A DNA stretch of 52,161 nucleotides, the filler included, from Sphacelaria rigidula (lineage: Eukaryota): the NCBI GenBank assembly GCA_964200075.2. It is 4 parts of 4 records of this genome, joined end to end, with 100 filler letters (N's around TTAATTAATTAA, not from the genome) between each part and the next. Parts side by side here need not be neighbours in the genome. Positions count along the whole stretch, not along the records: positions 26,135 to 39,099 come from CAXNAA020003262.1; positions 39,200 to 52,161 come from CAXNAA020003263.1; 2 more parts are not named here. One strand, 5' to 3'. This document shows, piece by piece, positions 38,277 through 48,825 of this stretch (its first letter is position 1; the number at the start of each line of letters is the position of its first letter). The position numbers and the translations under genes were made by a program. Under the pieces are notes generated by a model. That model was given only the letters and a program-made list of their open reading frames with translations, ran no database searches and was not told the DNA's origin.

Positions 38277-38409
38277 AAATGAGGATGCAAAAGCCTGCGT
38301 ATAACTTGTACGCACGGTGTGTTGGTGTGTTGCATTCCAGGCTGAAATCCGCCCGCAGATAACTTTTGCCCACCTCCGACACATCCTGGCAAGCAAACGT
38401 CTGCAAAAC
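38277..38409 (-). CDS. Multi-pass membrane protein exon (VLQTFACQDV...YLRADFSLEC...AGFCILI); TRP-like C-terminal module of stramenopile 'polymorphic outer membrane/adhesin-like' proteins; 5' exons outside the contig
   Basis: CACAG acceptor and GTGAGT donor, 133 nt, phase 0/1; 'TFAC...YLRAD.S.EC' motif. Confidence 0.9.
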
Positions 38410-39099
38410 CTGTGGAACGGGCCAGTCATTTGTACTCGAGCGTTGGGTACTGCGAACAGGCACATGCGCGGGGCTTTTGGACACGCTCAAAAACACTCTC
38501 CACAGCTGATAGAACTGATCGCTGTGTTAATCGAACGCGGCGGTGGTCATGGTACACTGCGTCAGCTTTACACCTTTGTCTGGGGGGAACTTGAGGATCT
38601 AAATCCTCCGGGCGCCCGCACAATTGTTCTTCGTATTTGGATGCTTTTAGCCCCGCCTGAAGAACTCGTCGGTGCTGAATGGAAACGGTTTCATTGTTCA
38701 GGCAGGCATAGAGGCACGACACTTGAACTCGGCCGCTTAATCGACTTGATAACAATGAGTCGGTTCGAGACAATCAGACCAGCCGAGAAATATTTCAAAC
38801 CCCTCCACACGCCCCCACGCCCGTCTGACTGACCCCAAAGGAGTGAAGTAGACGCTAAGAGTGCACTCATGATCATGCATGCCATAGTCATAAGACCATT
38901 GACCTCGCATCCCTACCAAGCCGGGACGGAGCACACCGGGTTTTCGCCGGACCACGCTTGCACGCAAACCACCAAGCGCGAAGCGCTGTAGTGTGTTCGG
39001 CGAGTCGCATGAAGGGCGAGTTGCATCCTGCTAAGATCGTTCGGCCTGAAGCCTACTGATTATCTTGCATTTGGATAAAAACCAACAATGAGTTGCTTT

Positions 39100-39199
39100 N
39101 NNNNNNNNNNNNNNNNNNNNNNNNNNNNNNNNNNNNNNNNNNNTTAATTAATTAANNNNNNNNNNNNNNNNNNNNNNNNNNNNNNNNNNNNNNNNNNNN
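39100..39199. other. Artificial contig spacer
   Basis: 44 N + TTAATTAATTAA + 44 N. Confidence 0.97.
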
Positions 39200-39599
39200 T
39201 TTTACTCTTGAACGAAAACAGAAAGATAAATAAAAATTCGTATAATTTGTTGTTGTATTATTCTGTAGTCAGTGTGAACTGTTCAAACGATGTTCCAGTT
39301 TTCTCACGAAAAAATGCAGTGTGCCTCCGCAGAGTGAGATGGAAGTATTAGTTGAGCGGAAAATACCCCGTCAACAACAACAGCAGCTGTCGTATAGCCC
39401 CGCATAATAATCGAAGAAAACATTCGATCACCCGATGTACCCCAAGCGTTCACGCGCATCATGGTCGCAAAGATAGGATGCACGGAGTTGGCGACGAATA
39501 TAACGGAATGGCACAAACCGCCAACCGATCGAGCCCACATGTGAACCCCGGAAAAACTTCATGATGATGATAAGAGACAAGAATGGAGAAACTTCATGT

Positions 39600-40230
39600 T
39601 ATTCCGAACATGCGCACGCTATGTCAGGGCTGCCAACGCCGGGAAACGGTCCACAGCCGACCAAAATTTGCCGATGAGACACGTTACGGTAGGAAGACTA
39701 TACGAAAGAGTGCCGGCAAATCCAGCCGAATGAAAAACAACTTCGATGTCAAACGCTGGAGTACTAGGTAAATATGTACTGTCCGTATTGGAGCACCTCA
39801 CAAGGTATGCTTTGCTCATTCCGGTGCCGAAAAAACAGACCACATCAGTATAGCCAAAACTATAATTGACAGAGTCTTTACGGCATTTGGCATCTCGGGA
39901 AAGCTGCGTTCGAGGAATCGGGAACAATCTAACATATGCATGGCAACAGGAGCTGGGTTTCAATAAACCTCGCACGGCACTTTTACACCCGCAAAGTAAT
40001 TCAGTGTCGGAACGGATCCACTCCACTATGCACGCAATGTTAGCTATGCATAGGTCATTTGGAAAAAAAAAATGGGCACCCATACTTCCGTTCATCCATA
40101 TGGCGTACAACACATCCTATCACAATACAGTACAGTACAGTACAGGAGATATCATATTATTTATTGTTCGGAAGTCAGCCCAGATCACCAGTTGACAATA
40201 TACTCAGCATACCAGTTAAACAGCGCTGGC
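39600..40230 (+). pseudogene. Decayed Ty3/Gypsy integrase fragment
   Basis: Frameshifted motifs KYVLSVLEHLTRYALLIPVP, AKTIIDRVFTAFG, HPQSNSVSERIHSTM, WAPILPFIHMAYNTSYH and YYLLFGSQPRSPVD. Confidence 0.85.
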
Positions 40231-40294
40231 AAGAGGAGTCGCCCTCCTCGAAGTGAAAGTGACGGGGATCGAACCCCCACGACTCACCTTTGTC

Positions 40295-40374
40295 ACGATT
40301 TATTGGCAACCGATTAGACTACCGTACAGTCAGCGCTGGCTGTACGGTAGTCTAATCGGTTGCCTATAAATCGT
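40295..40374. repeat. 80-bp loopless palindrome formed by two head-to-head tRNA-derived SINE 5' ends
   Basis: 40-bp arms with two mismatches, centred on CAGC|GCTG. The minus-strand arm continues to a B box GGTTCGATCCC at ~40265-40275. Confidence 0.8.
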
Positions 40375-41185
40375 CACGGAGCTCAGTTTAAGTGTCGGTT
40401 TTAGAGGGGCAAAAAAAGCTTGGCACACCACTCTCTTCAACCAAACCCCGGTTTTTCTCAAACCGGACCCATTCTCTTGAACCGAACACTCTTGTCTCTT
40501 AAACTGGATCCACCCCCAACCCCCCCGCTCTTTTACTGCACAATACTGTAGCCCGAAAAACAGCATGTTAGCACGTTCGGAAGCTGAAAAAAACAAACAG
40601 CTTCAAGTTCCACTGACTGCAAGCACGATGCCTTACGCGGCGGGTATTACAACAGTGCTTGTACTGCAGTGTTACAGCAGAGAGGTGCAACATGGCGGAG
40701 GTGTCGTACCATCTTCGTAAGGCCAAGCTAGCCTGGATGAACGAGTTTGGATCAAGAGAAGCAAAACAAACTTGCATGGCAGACTTCATGTAGCGTTGCA
40801 GAAGCTACCGACGAGCGCATGTGATATGTCTGTTGCTGGGTAGGACGAGTGTATAGGTAATTGGGTTTCACCAGTGGTGTGATAATCCCTTGTACAGCAG
40901 TACAGAGTACAGTATATTATGATGTGTGGTTTTCTGTCTTCAGGTCAGCAGAGCCACGATGTTTCAGCTGACTGCCTGTACATACTAAAAGGATATGTAA
41001 GCCATGCGATGTACACAAACTTGCAACTTCGACCGAACGCTATTTTTTGGAACCAATGTCACGTCATTTGCTTTGGTGGAATCCGCCATGTGCTGCTCTG
41101 TTCTGTGGGGATGTGTACAAAGGACAATCTCACGTATCATGAGCGAATGTCCTTTCACCCCTTGGCTTGTATAGGACAAGTTCAC

Positions 41186-44100
41186 CGATGAAACACGACC
41201 GTCTTGTGACAGACGTTTTCGAGACAAAATCCAAGGCATGCCCGACGCTGCTGGTCCTGGTATCCAATTTTCCGTACTCTCTTGTTCTAGCACGATGTCA
41301 GGTACGCCTTTCACTGCAGATGCGTTGGTATGTGGAGGCTACAACTGCTGCTGCTCGTCTTCTTGTCTTGTTATCTTTGCAATGGTGATAAACGTGGGGT
41401 GGCAGCTCGGGGGCGTTCGCTTCCCGAGTAGGACAGTAGCTGAACACTCGTGCACCAAGAGTTCCCACGCACTGATCTTGAGCGAGTTATTCGGAGGAAC
41501 AGTATCATCTCAACAACGAGCACTCACAGGCTTGAAGATATGTACCATGTTTATATAGTACATTTCATATGAGCCAGGTCGTTGTTTTTTTGGTGACGCG
41601 TGTATTTTTGGCTCACCTCCCACAGATAGGGGTCACTCAAAGTGAATTGAAATATCTTCGCGTTTTTGATTGACAGCTGCACAGTCGTCATGTGCTCGTT
41701 TCAACTCTATCTTTGATCTCACCCCACTTCTGTGCAGGCCTGAACATAGCATGCAGCACTACAACTGTTCACGCACTCTCCAGCAAACATCACACTGTGG
41801 TCGTCGTAGAGTGTGTAGATGCACAATAGCACAGCGATGACTACAGCGAAGAAATGATGGGTGTGGGAAGCACCTTGTTCGTTTGATTGGAATGACTAGA
41901 GACCGCTGCGTGCTAACAACATTATTATTCGAAGCGAACGCCATGACAGAAGTAAAGCAACTCAGGCAGTCAGTCCCGGCGGAGACCAAGCCGTCTTCGA
42001 AAAGGCCTGGAGACACCACAGCGCAGCGACAGCTACAGCGCAAGAGACAGCGCATGAGTGTGTTTGTGCTGCGGCACAGTGATACAGGACATGTCCCACG
42101 CGATAGTTCTTGCCCTGGGTTCGGATGAGCTCGATTTTGGCAGAGAGGCGGTTTTCAAAACGCTGGGCCAATTCATTTCACCTTAAGTTATCTGCTTGCT
42201 TGCTGCTCTGCCTTGCCTGTTGCGGGATCAGATGATCAGCGGTACGGTAGCTCCCTTGCGGGATTGGATGATACACCACCATCGTACTACAATTTGTCTA
42301 CTGAGTGATGCTACGGTAGCGTTACACTTTTGAGCGAGAATGTCTCTCGGGGTGTTGCACGGATCATTTTAAGAATCGGCATCATTTTCACTAAAAAAAG
42401 ACTGAAAATGATGCCGATTCACGAAAAGGCCCCTGTGTGCATCTCCATGTCCTGTCCCCGGAGAATTGGGTTGCACAGTAAGCCCCACATATTTGGGCTC
42501 CTACCAAAACGAGATCCAGAAACAAAAAGTGCAACCCCTATCGTAGCATTGCTCTGCTCTCTGCTGTGCGGTATCTGTATGTACAGTAGGTTCTACGAGT
42601 TGTCTGCTGCCTGCTGTACGGTATCTGTGTGTACAGTAGGTTCTAAAAAGCACAACACTGTAGGCGTGTTCAGGTTCTAAAAAACACTGAAGAATTGTGT
42701 TGTGTTCAGTGTAGTGACCTGTACTCCATATAATGGGGTCACGTTGTAGGCAGTTTTTCGAAAAGTTCTGCTTTTTTTTTTCAAGTATTCTGAAAAAAAC
42801 GAGACAGTTTACTTTCACAAATGATCTAATACCGGATCTGGAATAGCCTGAGACAACAACCAACTTGAAAATTGGAATCCAAGATCGCCAATAAACACTG
42901 GTTTCGTGCTGTTGAAAGTAGAGGATGCGATTGAGAGTGAAGAGCGGTCAATAAGTGAATTAATCGTTTTAGTTCCGAAATGTCCCTACATGAGGCCCAA
43001 TGTGCTTCTTACAGTAGCTCGCCACTGAGGTCCTTGATATCCATGAGTAGGATATCGACGTGTAGCTGCAAGCACATGCCAGTGATTGAGGCGAAGAAAA
43101 GCACATACGGAATGGAAAATTGGCCAAGTTGACGCGAATGATCGAAACCACTCTCAATCTGCGCTCTACTCTCAATCTCACGAAAACGTTGTTATGAGGC
43201 AAATCCGAGGGAAGCCGTGAAGCAGTAACCCGCAGACCGTGACCTCGGCAGGGTGGCGGGCCGGAGCGTGCGCCTGCATTCACCACGGGGGGCCTGACTA
43301 ATTCTGTACTGCTCAGGTGACCACGCAGATTCTGCGTTATTCCTGTTGGGAGGCTGGTGTGGTGTGGTGTGGTGTGGTGCTGTCTCAATACACAGACTTC
43401 CCGTCTCAGTCGACAGACTCGCACAGGATACACCGCTGTAGGGCTGAAGCTTACTACCGTCTCGCAGTAAAGGACAATCGGATGGTGTTCACGGCCGCTT
43501 ATTTGGTCAAGATAGAATAGAACACACGATCTCTTCTCACAGCAGTGGGCTGAAGGAGAGTAAGAGCAGCAAGGGAGATATATCGAGTTCGTCCGACCCA
43601 AGTTGCCATCTCTCGTGTGGACACTAACAGTTCTGGGTCACCGAGACGTACGTCAAGCTACATGATACTATTTGATTAAATTTGCTGTTGACGCAGTAGT
43701 CGCGTTAGCTTTTACTTCTACTGCAAGCTACGTGGCGTAGTTACTTCGCTACAGTAACCTACGATGACAAAATAATGGCGGCACGTTATCTTCCTTACTC
43801 TCCCCCATATCATGTTATCCAAAAACAACGGTCAAAGATGTTGAGTATATGATTACAGGATACAATATTTCGTTGAATCTCACAAGTTGTACTCAGTTTT
43901 GCTCTACAGCCGACATTCAAACACAAAGATTTAGACCGCATTCGCAACAATTTCCGTGTCGGTAAAACGCCTGTAGCTCGGTCAAAAAGGGTGGGATATG
44001 TGCGGGGTCTTGCCCGTATCTGAACTTCTGCGTTCCTTGATGGCATAGCGCCCGGCACGAGAGTCATTAGCTGCCGTGCGCCGGGTCTTGTTCGCAATAT

Positions 44101-45802
44101 CGGACTGCTGCCCGTCATGCGTCGACTTCAGCAACTTCCTCTTGCGTGTGACCGGGATCTCTTGAACCTGGCGGACGTCTGTTGTCGCGTTGTTCATCCG
44201 CGGCTTCTCCGCAGATGAACTCGAAGCTCTCAGTTGGAACGGAATAAACGAACGTATGACCCTAGCACCTTGAATGAAGGTACCCCGTCGTCGAGGTGCA
44301 CTTCCTGCCACGTGAGAGTTGTCGCTTAGAGTGGGGGCTTCCCGCAGCATTGATTGTGCGACTTCAGAATGTCGGTCGTCCTCTCTTGCGTTGTACGACC
44401 GGACCAAGATGGCACCTTTGAGGACTCCGGATGTACGCAGCGGGCGAGTATCATATTTCGCCTCTGCAGGGGCTTCGCGTTTCTTCTTGTCTTCGCACAC
44501 CTCCAAGCCTACATCCTTATCTGCACCGTACATCTGTGACAGCTCGCTTATCTCCTGCATGAATTGATGGGGTTCGGAGTTTAAATTCATCCAAGTTAGA
44601 GGGCGTGAGTTGTAGAGGAGGGGGCTAGTTTGTATATGACAGCTTGGACCGAAGCACGCCAAACTAGGAGTTGTTTGCTGTACTGCCTCTAGAGCTTCCC
44701 CAGTGCCGACCGGTGTCCTCCAAAAATGAACCTGTTGCCCATTCGGGCAGTACCCTCGCTGCCGCCTTTCTACGAATAGCTGTGGTAGTCGTATATGAGG
44801 GTACCTCAGGTTGTTTTTTCGTTGTTGAGTGGAACCCTAACATGGTGGCCATACTAATCTCCTTGTGTCACCTGTCTTTTCCTGCTTTGTCCTTTATTAT
44901 CGTCTCTCTTCCTTTCGCCCGGTGTATATTTTGACAGATCTGGCGTTCGTTGTTTGTTTTTCTTCTTTTCTTTTCTCTCCCCGTTGAACTCGGGCGAGCT
45001 TCTTCTCACCGGTTTTCGTGGTGTCTCTCTTCTTTTTTTTATTTTTGGTGATGTGTCTGGTAAGGAATAGCAGGGACGGTATTGGAAGGGCGAGCCTACG
45101 TCTGTGACCACGGGTTCGCGAGATCGGACTAATGTGCGGGAATAATAACAAATAATAAAATGAGGGCATAGCGTATGCGCGTGGGGCTGCATGATGTCAT
45201 CGGAGGGAGAAGGGCGTACTGCGATGACAAAGAAACGTAGCGCAGGTTGGAGGCGAAACCTTTGCCGGCGTTGAACGATACACGTGATACGGCTCACCGG
45301 GTCTGTTGGGGATGGCAGTTTCACTTGTTCAGGCTGCAGGCCCCATACTTTGTTGGCGTCGACGGTGATTTCCACGCGAACAGAAGACGGCTCTGGCTTT
45401 CCGTCCTCGAACACCAACCCGACAATCCTGCCTTCCATCAACCCTTCGAATGCTACCATCTGGCCCTCCTGTGTCGGGGTGCGTTGTTAGGGTTAAGGTT
45501 ATGATAAGGTCCAAGTAGGGGAAGGGTAACCTACACGGGCTGTGCGCACAATCAGCATGCGTCATACCGATGAAACTCCTCCGTGTGCTCGACGCCTTCG
45601 CTTGCGTGGGTAGGTCAACAGCAAGGTGTGGAATACTTGCCTTCAAGTCTCTGCTCATGGCATGCAGTCCTGAGGCCCGTTCAACTGGGGCCTGATCCAA
45701 ATTCATCGCCAGTACTTCGGGTTGAGTCAAGGCTTCGCCTGGCTGTAGGCTCGTCATGTGCACGTGGTCCATCTCCGCCCTCGCTCTTCCGCAGTCGGCT
45801 GC
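41186..45802 (-). pseudogene. Compact multi-exon orphan gene, apparently pseudogenised
   Basis: Phase-consistent exon chain: 45802-45641, 45468-45325, 44779-~44014, 43342-43182, 43065-43013, 42908-42833, 42216-42114, 42006-41874, 41739-41617, 41530-41473, 41313-41186. In-frame TGA at 42180-42178 and 41512-41510, and a 1-nt frameshift in 41739-41617. Confidence 0.55.
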
Positions 45803-46009
45803 CTGTTAACATACCGCCCAAGAGTAGCAGCGGGGGTCGTCGACATGCCACTGCCACGTTTTAGAGGATGTTGTGAATGGCGTTGTTGTCCATATCTTTA
45901 CGACGAAAGACCCCAACTACAGTACTACACGAGGGAGGATTTATGTTATATTTTCGTCGTCGTCGATCTTCACACGCTTGTTTCGCGTGCCAACCGCTCA
46001 TTACAGTGA

Positions 46010-46748
46010 ACGTTTGATTCTGAAGTTGTGGGGATCGGTAAAGGCTGGTTCACGCCTATCACCCAAAGTTGTGTCATCAGCAAATGCCTACCAGAATACC
46101 TACCCGATAGTCGCATATATGATATCATACTGACCGCCATAGGCAGCTGAAGAGCGTGACATAGCCGGATTGGTGTGTAAGGCCATAGTGGTAGCACTAA
46201 GGGCAAAAATGGATTTCGACCAATCAGCGCCCGTCAAATTAGTCCGAGATCGAAGTTACGAATTCCAAGCCCAATTTTCACCCAATCTCCACATGCTTCA
46301 AATCGTTGTAACCGTCATCGGCTCGGGAATCTAACGAGAAAAACATATTTTCAAACGGTTCACTATGGGGGTCCAATTATACCCGAAACCGTGATGTTTC
46401 CGTGATGTTGGATAATGGCGTCATCTAATTTCCACTAGTGATACCCACGGAAGACCCAGGGAGCCTCGTGACGGTGTCTCCTATATCTGTTGTAGAAAAG
46501 CTCAGATCGCTCTCAAACTTGGCAGTTCCGTCGGTGATGCTCCAAATGGAAAAATTGTGTTCTTCATCAAATTTCATGGTTTCTCCCTCCTCTACCGGCT
46601 TTCGGGGGTCCCAGTATGAAGACCCCCGGAAGGCGGTACAGAACGCCCCAAAAAAAAAAAAAACGATGCGTCCCGGGATAGTTCAAGGAATACATGTACA
46701 GAGTTTGGTGGAGAAACTCGAAAACTTCATACAGCTTTTCTTGCCTTG
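46010..46748 (+). repeat. Dispersed TE-derived repeat (copy 2 of 12150-12904)
   Basis: Colinear similarity to 12150-12904. Confidence 0.8.
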
Positions 46749-47515
46749 ACGTGAAAGTCACCCAAAAAGACGTTTCGATACTAAAACCAAGTAGTTAAGA
46801 GTTACACGTTTCAAGCCCACGTCCTCCACAAACGCGCAAACCTTCACGCCGTTAATAGGAGTTAGATCCTGAAAATTGGCACAAATATGCAATGTGTCCT
46901 TACGCAACTTTCTGTGGGCAAGTTTTTTTTTTACTTTTTGCGTTTTGCACCGTCTTTCGGGGGTCCGACGAGACCCAAGTTGTTTTTCGGGGTAGCGTCC
47001 ATTCTGGGACCCCGGAAAAGCGGCGCTACGGTATATATATTTTTTTCTTCGCGCACGATTTGTCGCCGCATAATCCAAGGAAGGGCCCACCAAAAATTCG
47101 TCGCAAAAATCGATCAATTGATGCTTGAATTTTCATGTTCACGTCAAAGAAGGCCCAAGAACGCCGTTTCGATACAAAATCAAGTAGTTCGCGGTTTCAC
47201 CGCGACACGCCAAGGTTTATCGCACAAAAGCGAGAAACCTCACGCCGTTTGAAGGAGTTAAACCCTGACAATTTGCACAGCTGTTCTATGGATGATAACG
47301 CAACTTTGGAAAAACGAGTTTTTTTATTTTATTCCTTGACCGTTTTACGGGGGTCCGATTGGATCGACGTTTTCCGGAAAAAATGGGGATCTCCGAAAAA
47401 CGGAAAAAAACAAAAAGTGAAAAAAAAACTCGTTCTTCTAAAGTTGCGTAATGACCCATAGAATATATGTTCAAAATTTCAGGGTCAAGCACCTTAAAAC
47501 GGCGTGAGATTTTGC
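46747..47515. repeat. Nested direct and inverted TE-terminus-like repeats
   Basis: TTGACGTGAA (46747) / TTCACGTCAA (~47147). The block 'gtttcgatac.aaa..caagtagtt...cacgccgtt...ggagtta...acgcaacttt' occurs at ~46772-46930 and ~47165-47330, and inverted at ~47420-47510. Confidence 0.6.
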
Positions 47516-48327
47516 CGATGATTGTTTTTTGGGTGATAGGCGTGAACCAGCTCGTAGATAATAGTATCCGCTCCACATTCTGGAGAGAAAACTGTTTCTG
47601 TAGTCAATGAACGACTCGTGGGTTGACCGGTCCTCGGGGGGTACTGCGACCACACAGCCCCAGGTTCTGACTTTTCGGTATTTTCACTCGATTGAACCAA
47701 TCCTGGTTTTTCTCGTGTACATTTGTACCTCTTTGATTTCCTTTCTGTGCATTGCGCTAGAGACGAAAACTGTGTTTTTTTTTCCACCCGTGGCGGCCAA
47801 CAAAACCCCTCGTGATGACGGAGGTATTTTTACTCATCACCCCGATAACACCAAGTTTTAGGGATTCATATCCTGTGCACGACCTGCTGCTTCTTTTCGC
47901 GATACCTACCGTCTCTTGCACTGTCGAGTGCCAAGGAATAAGAATGTGCGAGAAAGACAAAAAAATGCTCAAGCACTGAAATTACTTAACTGAGTTGTGT
48001 TTTATCAAGGGAGTAGACCAATTACGATCCTTTTCTCGAATACTTTTACAGACCTGAACTTTTTGGGATTTCTACCGCTTTTTTTGCTGGAGCCGAAATC
48101 AAAATGGTCTCGGACCATGAACGGTCAGGAAAACCAAAAGTTTTCGGTGGTGGGGATTTTTATTCCATTTTCTCGCATAATATTTTCCATTCCTGTAATA
48201 AACGGTAGCACGCAGAAAAAATCAAAATTGCCTCATTCCACTGTACACTACTATATTCCATACCAAGTGCTAGGGCTTGGAAACACTTCCATGCAAACAT
48301 GATGGATCAGACTAGTGTAAGACGATG

Positions 48328-48684
48328 GAGTCATGCTACGATGGGGGCGGGGGGGGGATGTACTCATTTGTTTTTTGCCTTAGTCGTTTGACCATTGACC
48401 ACGCATCCCTTTCGGGACGGAGCATGAGCACGAGCACGATGGGGGCGGGGGGGGGGGTATTTTGGTCCATTACTTCCACGAAATTCCACTTCAAATCGCC
48501 GTTGAAAGCAGCAACGGTTGTTCGAACACGCTCGTTGCCGACAGGTAACGCTCGCTCATGCTGCTTGACACCACTTTAAACCAAATACAAGCGCACTGCG
48601 AGTGTTTTACTTTGTCTGACACACACATATGGGCCCTTTGTTACGTGGAATCAAACTCCCCCACCCCCTATCGTAGCACGACTC
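48328..48684. mobile_element. MITE with TIR GAGTCATGCTACGAT.GGGG
   Basis: gagtcatgctacgatggggg and ccccctatcgtagcacgactc ends. Left arm 'gtactcatttgtt..ttgccttagtcgtttgaccattgaccacgcatccct' recurs at ~12035-12085 and, inverted, at ~19125-19190, ~24230-24295 and ~28235-28300. Confidence 0.8.
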
Positions 48685-48825
48685 GACGCTTCCAGCAACC
48701 TGCCCTGATTGAATACCATTTCGTTGCTGACGAACGAAGAACTCTGTGGAGTATTGTGCGGCCCACAAGGGCATCGAGGTAGAAAAATTTCAAGTGAGCA
48801 AGTCGAATGCTTCTTACTATTTCAC

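Noticed and set aside
41510..42180. Selenocysteine readthrough of the two in-frame TGA codons in the orphan gene
   Set aside because: A frameshift lies between them, there is no redox motif context and no SECIS was recognised; pseudogenisation is simpler.
38409..45802. Orphan exons at 41-46 kb as the missing 5' part of the membrane-protein gene
   Set aside because: They are separated by an artificial spacer, and the orphan chain is disabled and encodes no TM or ectodomain motifs.
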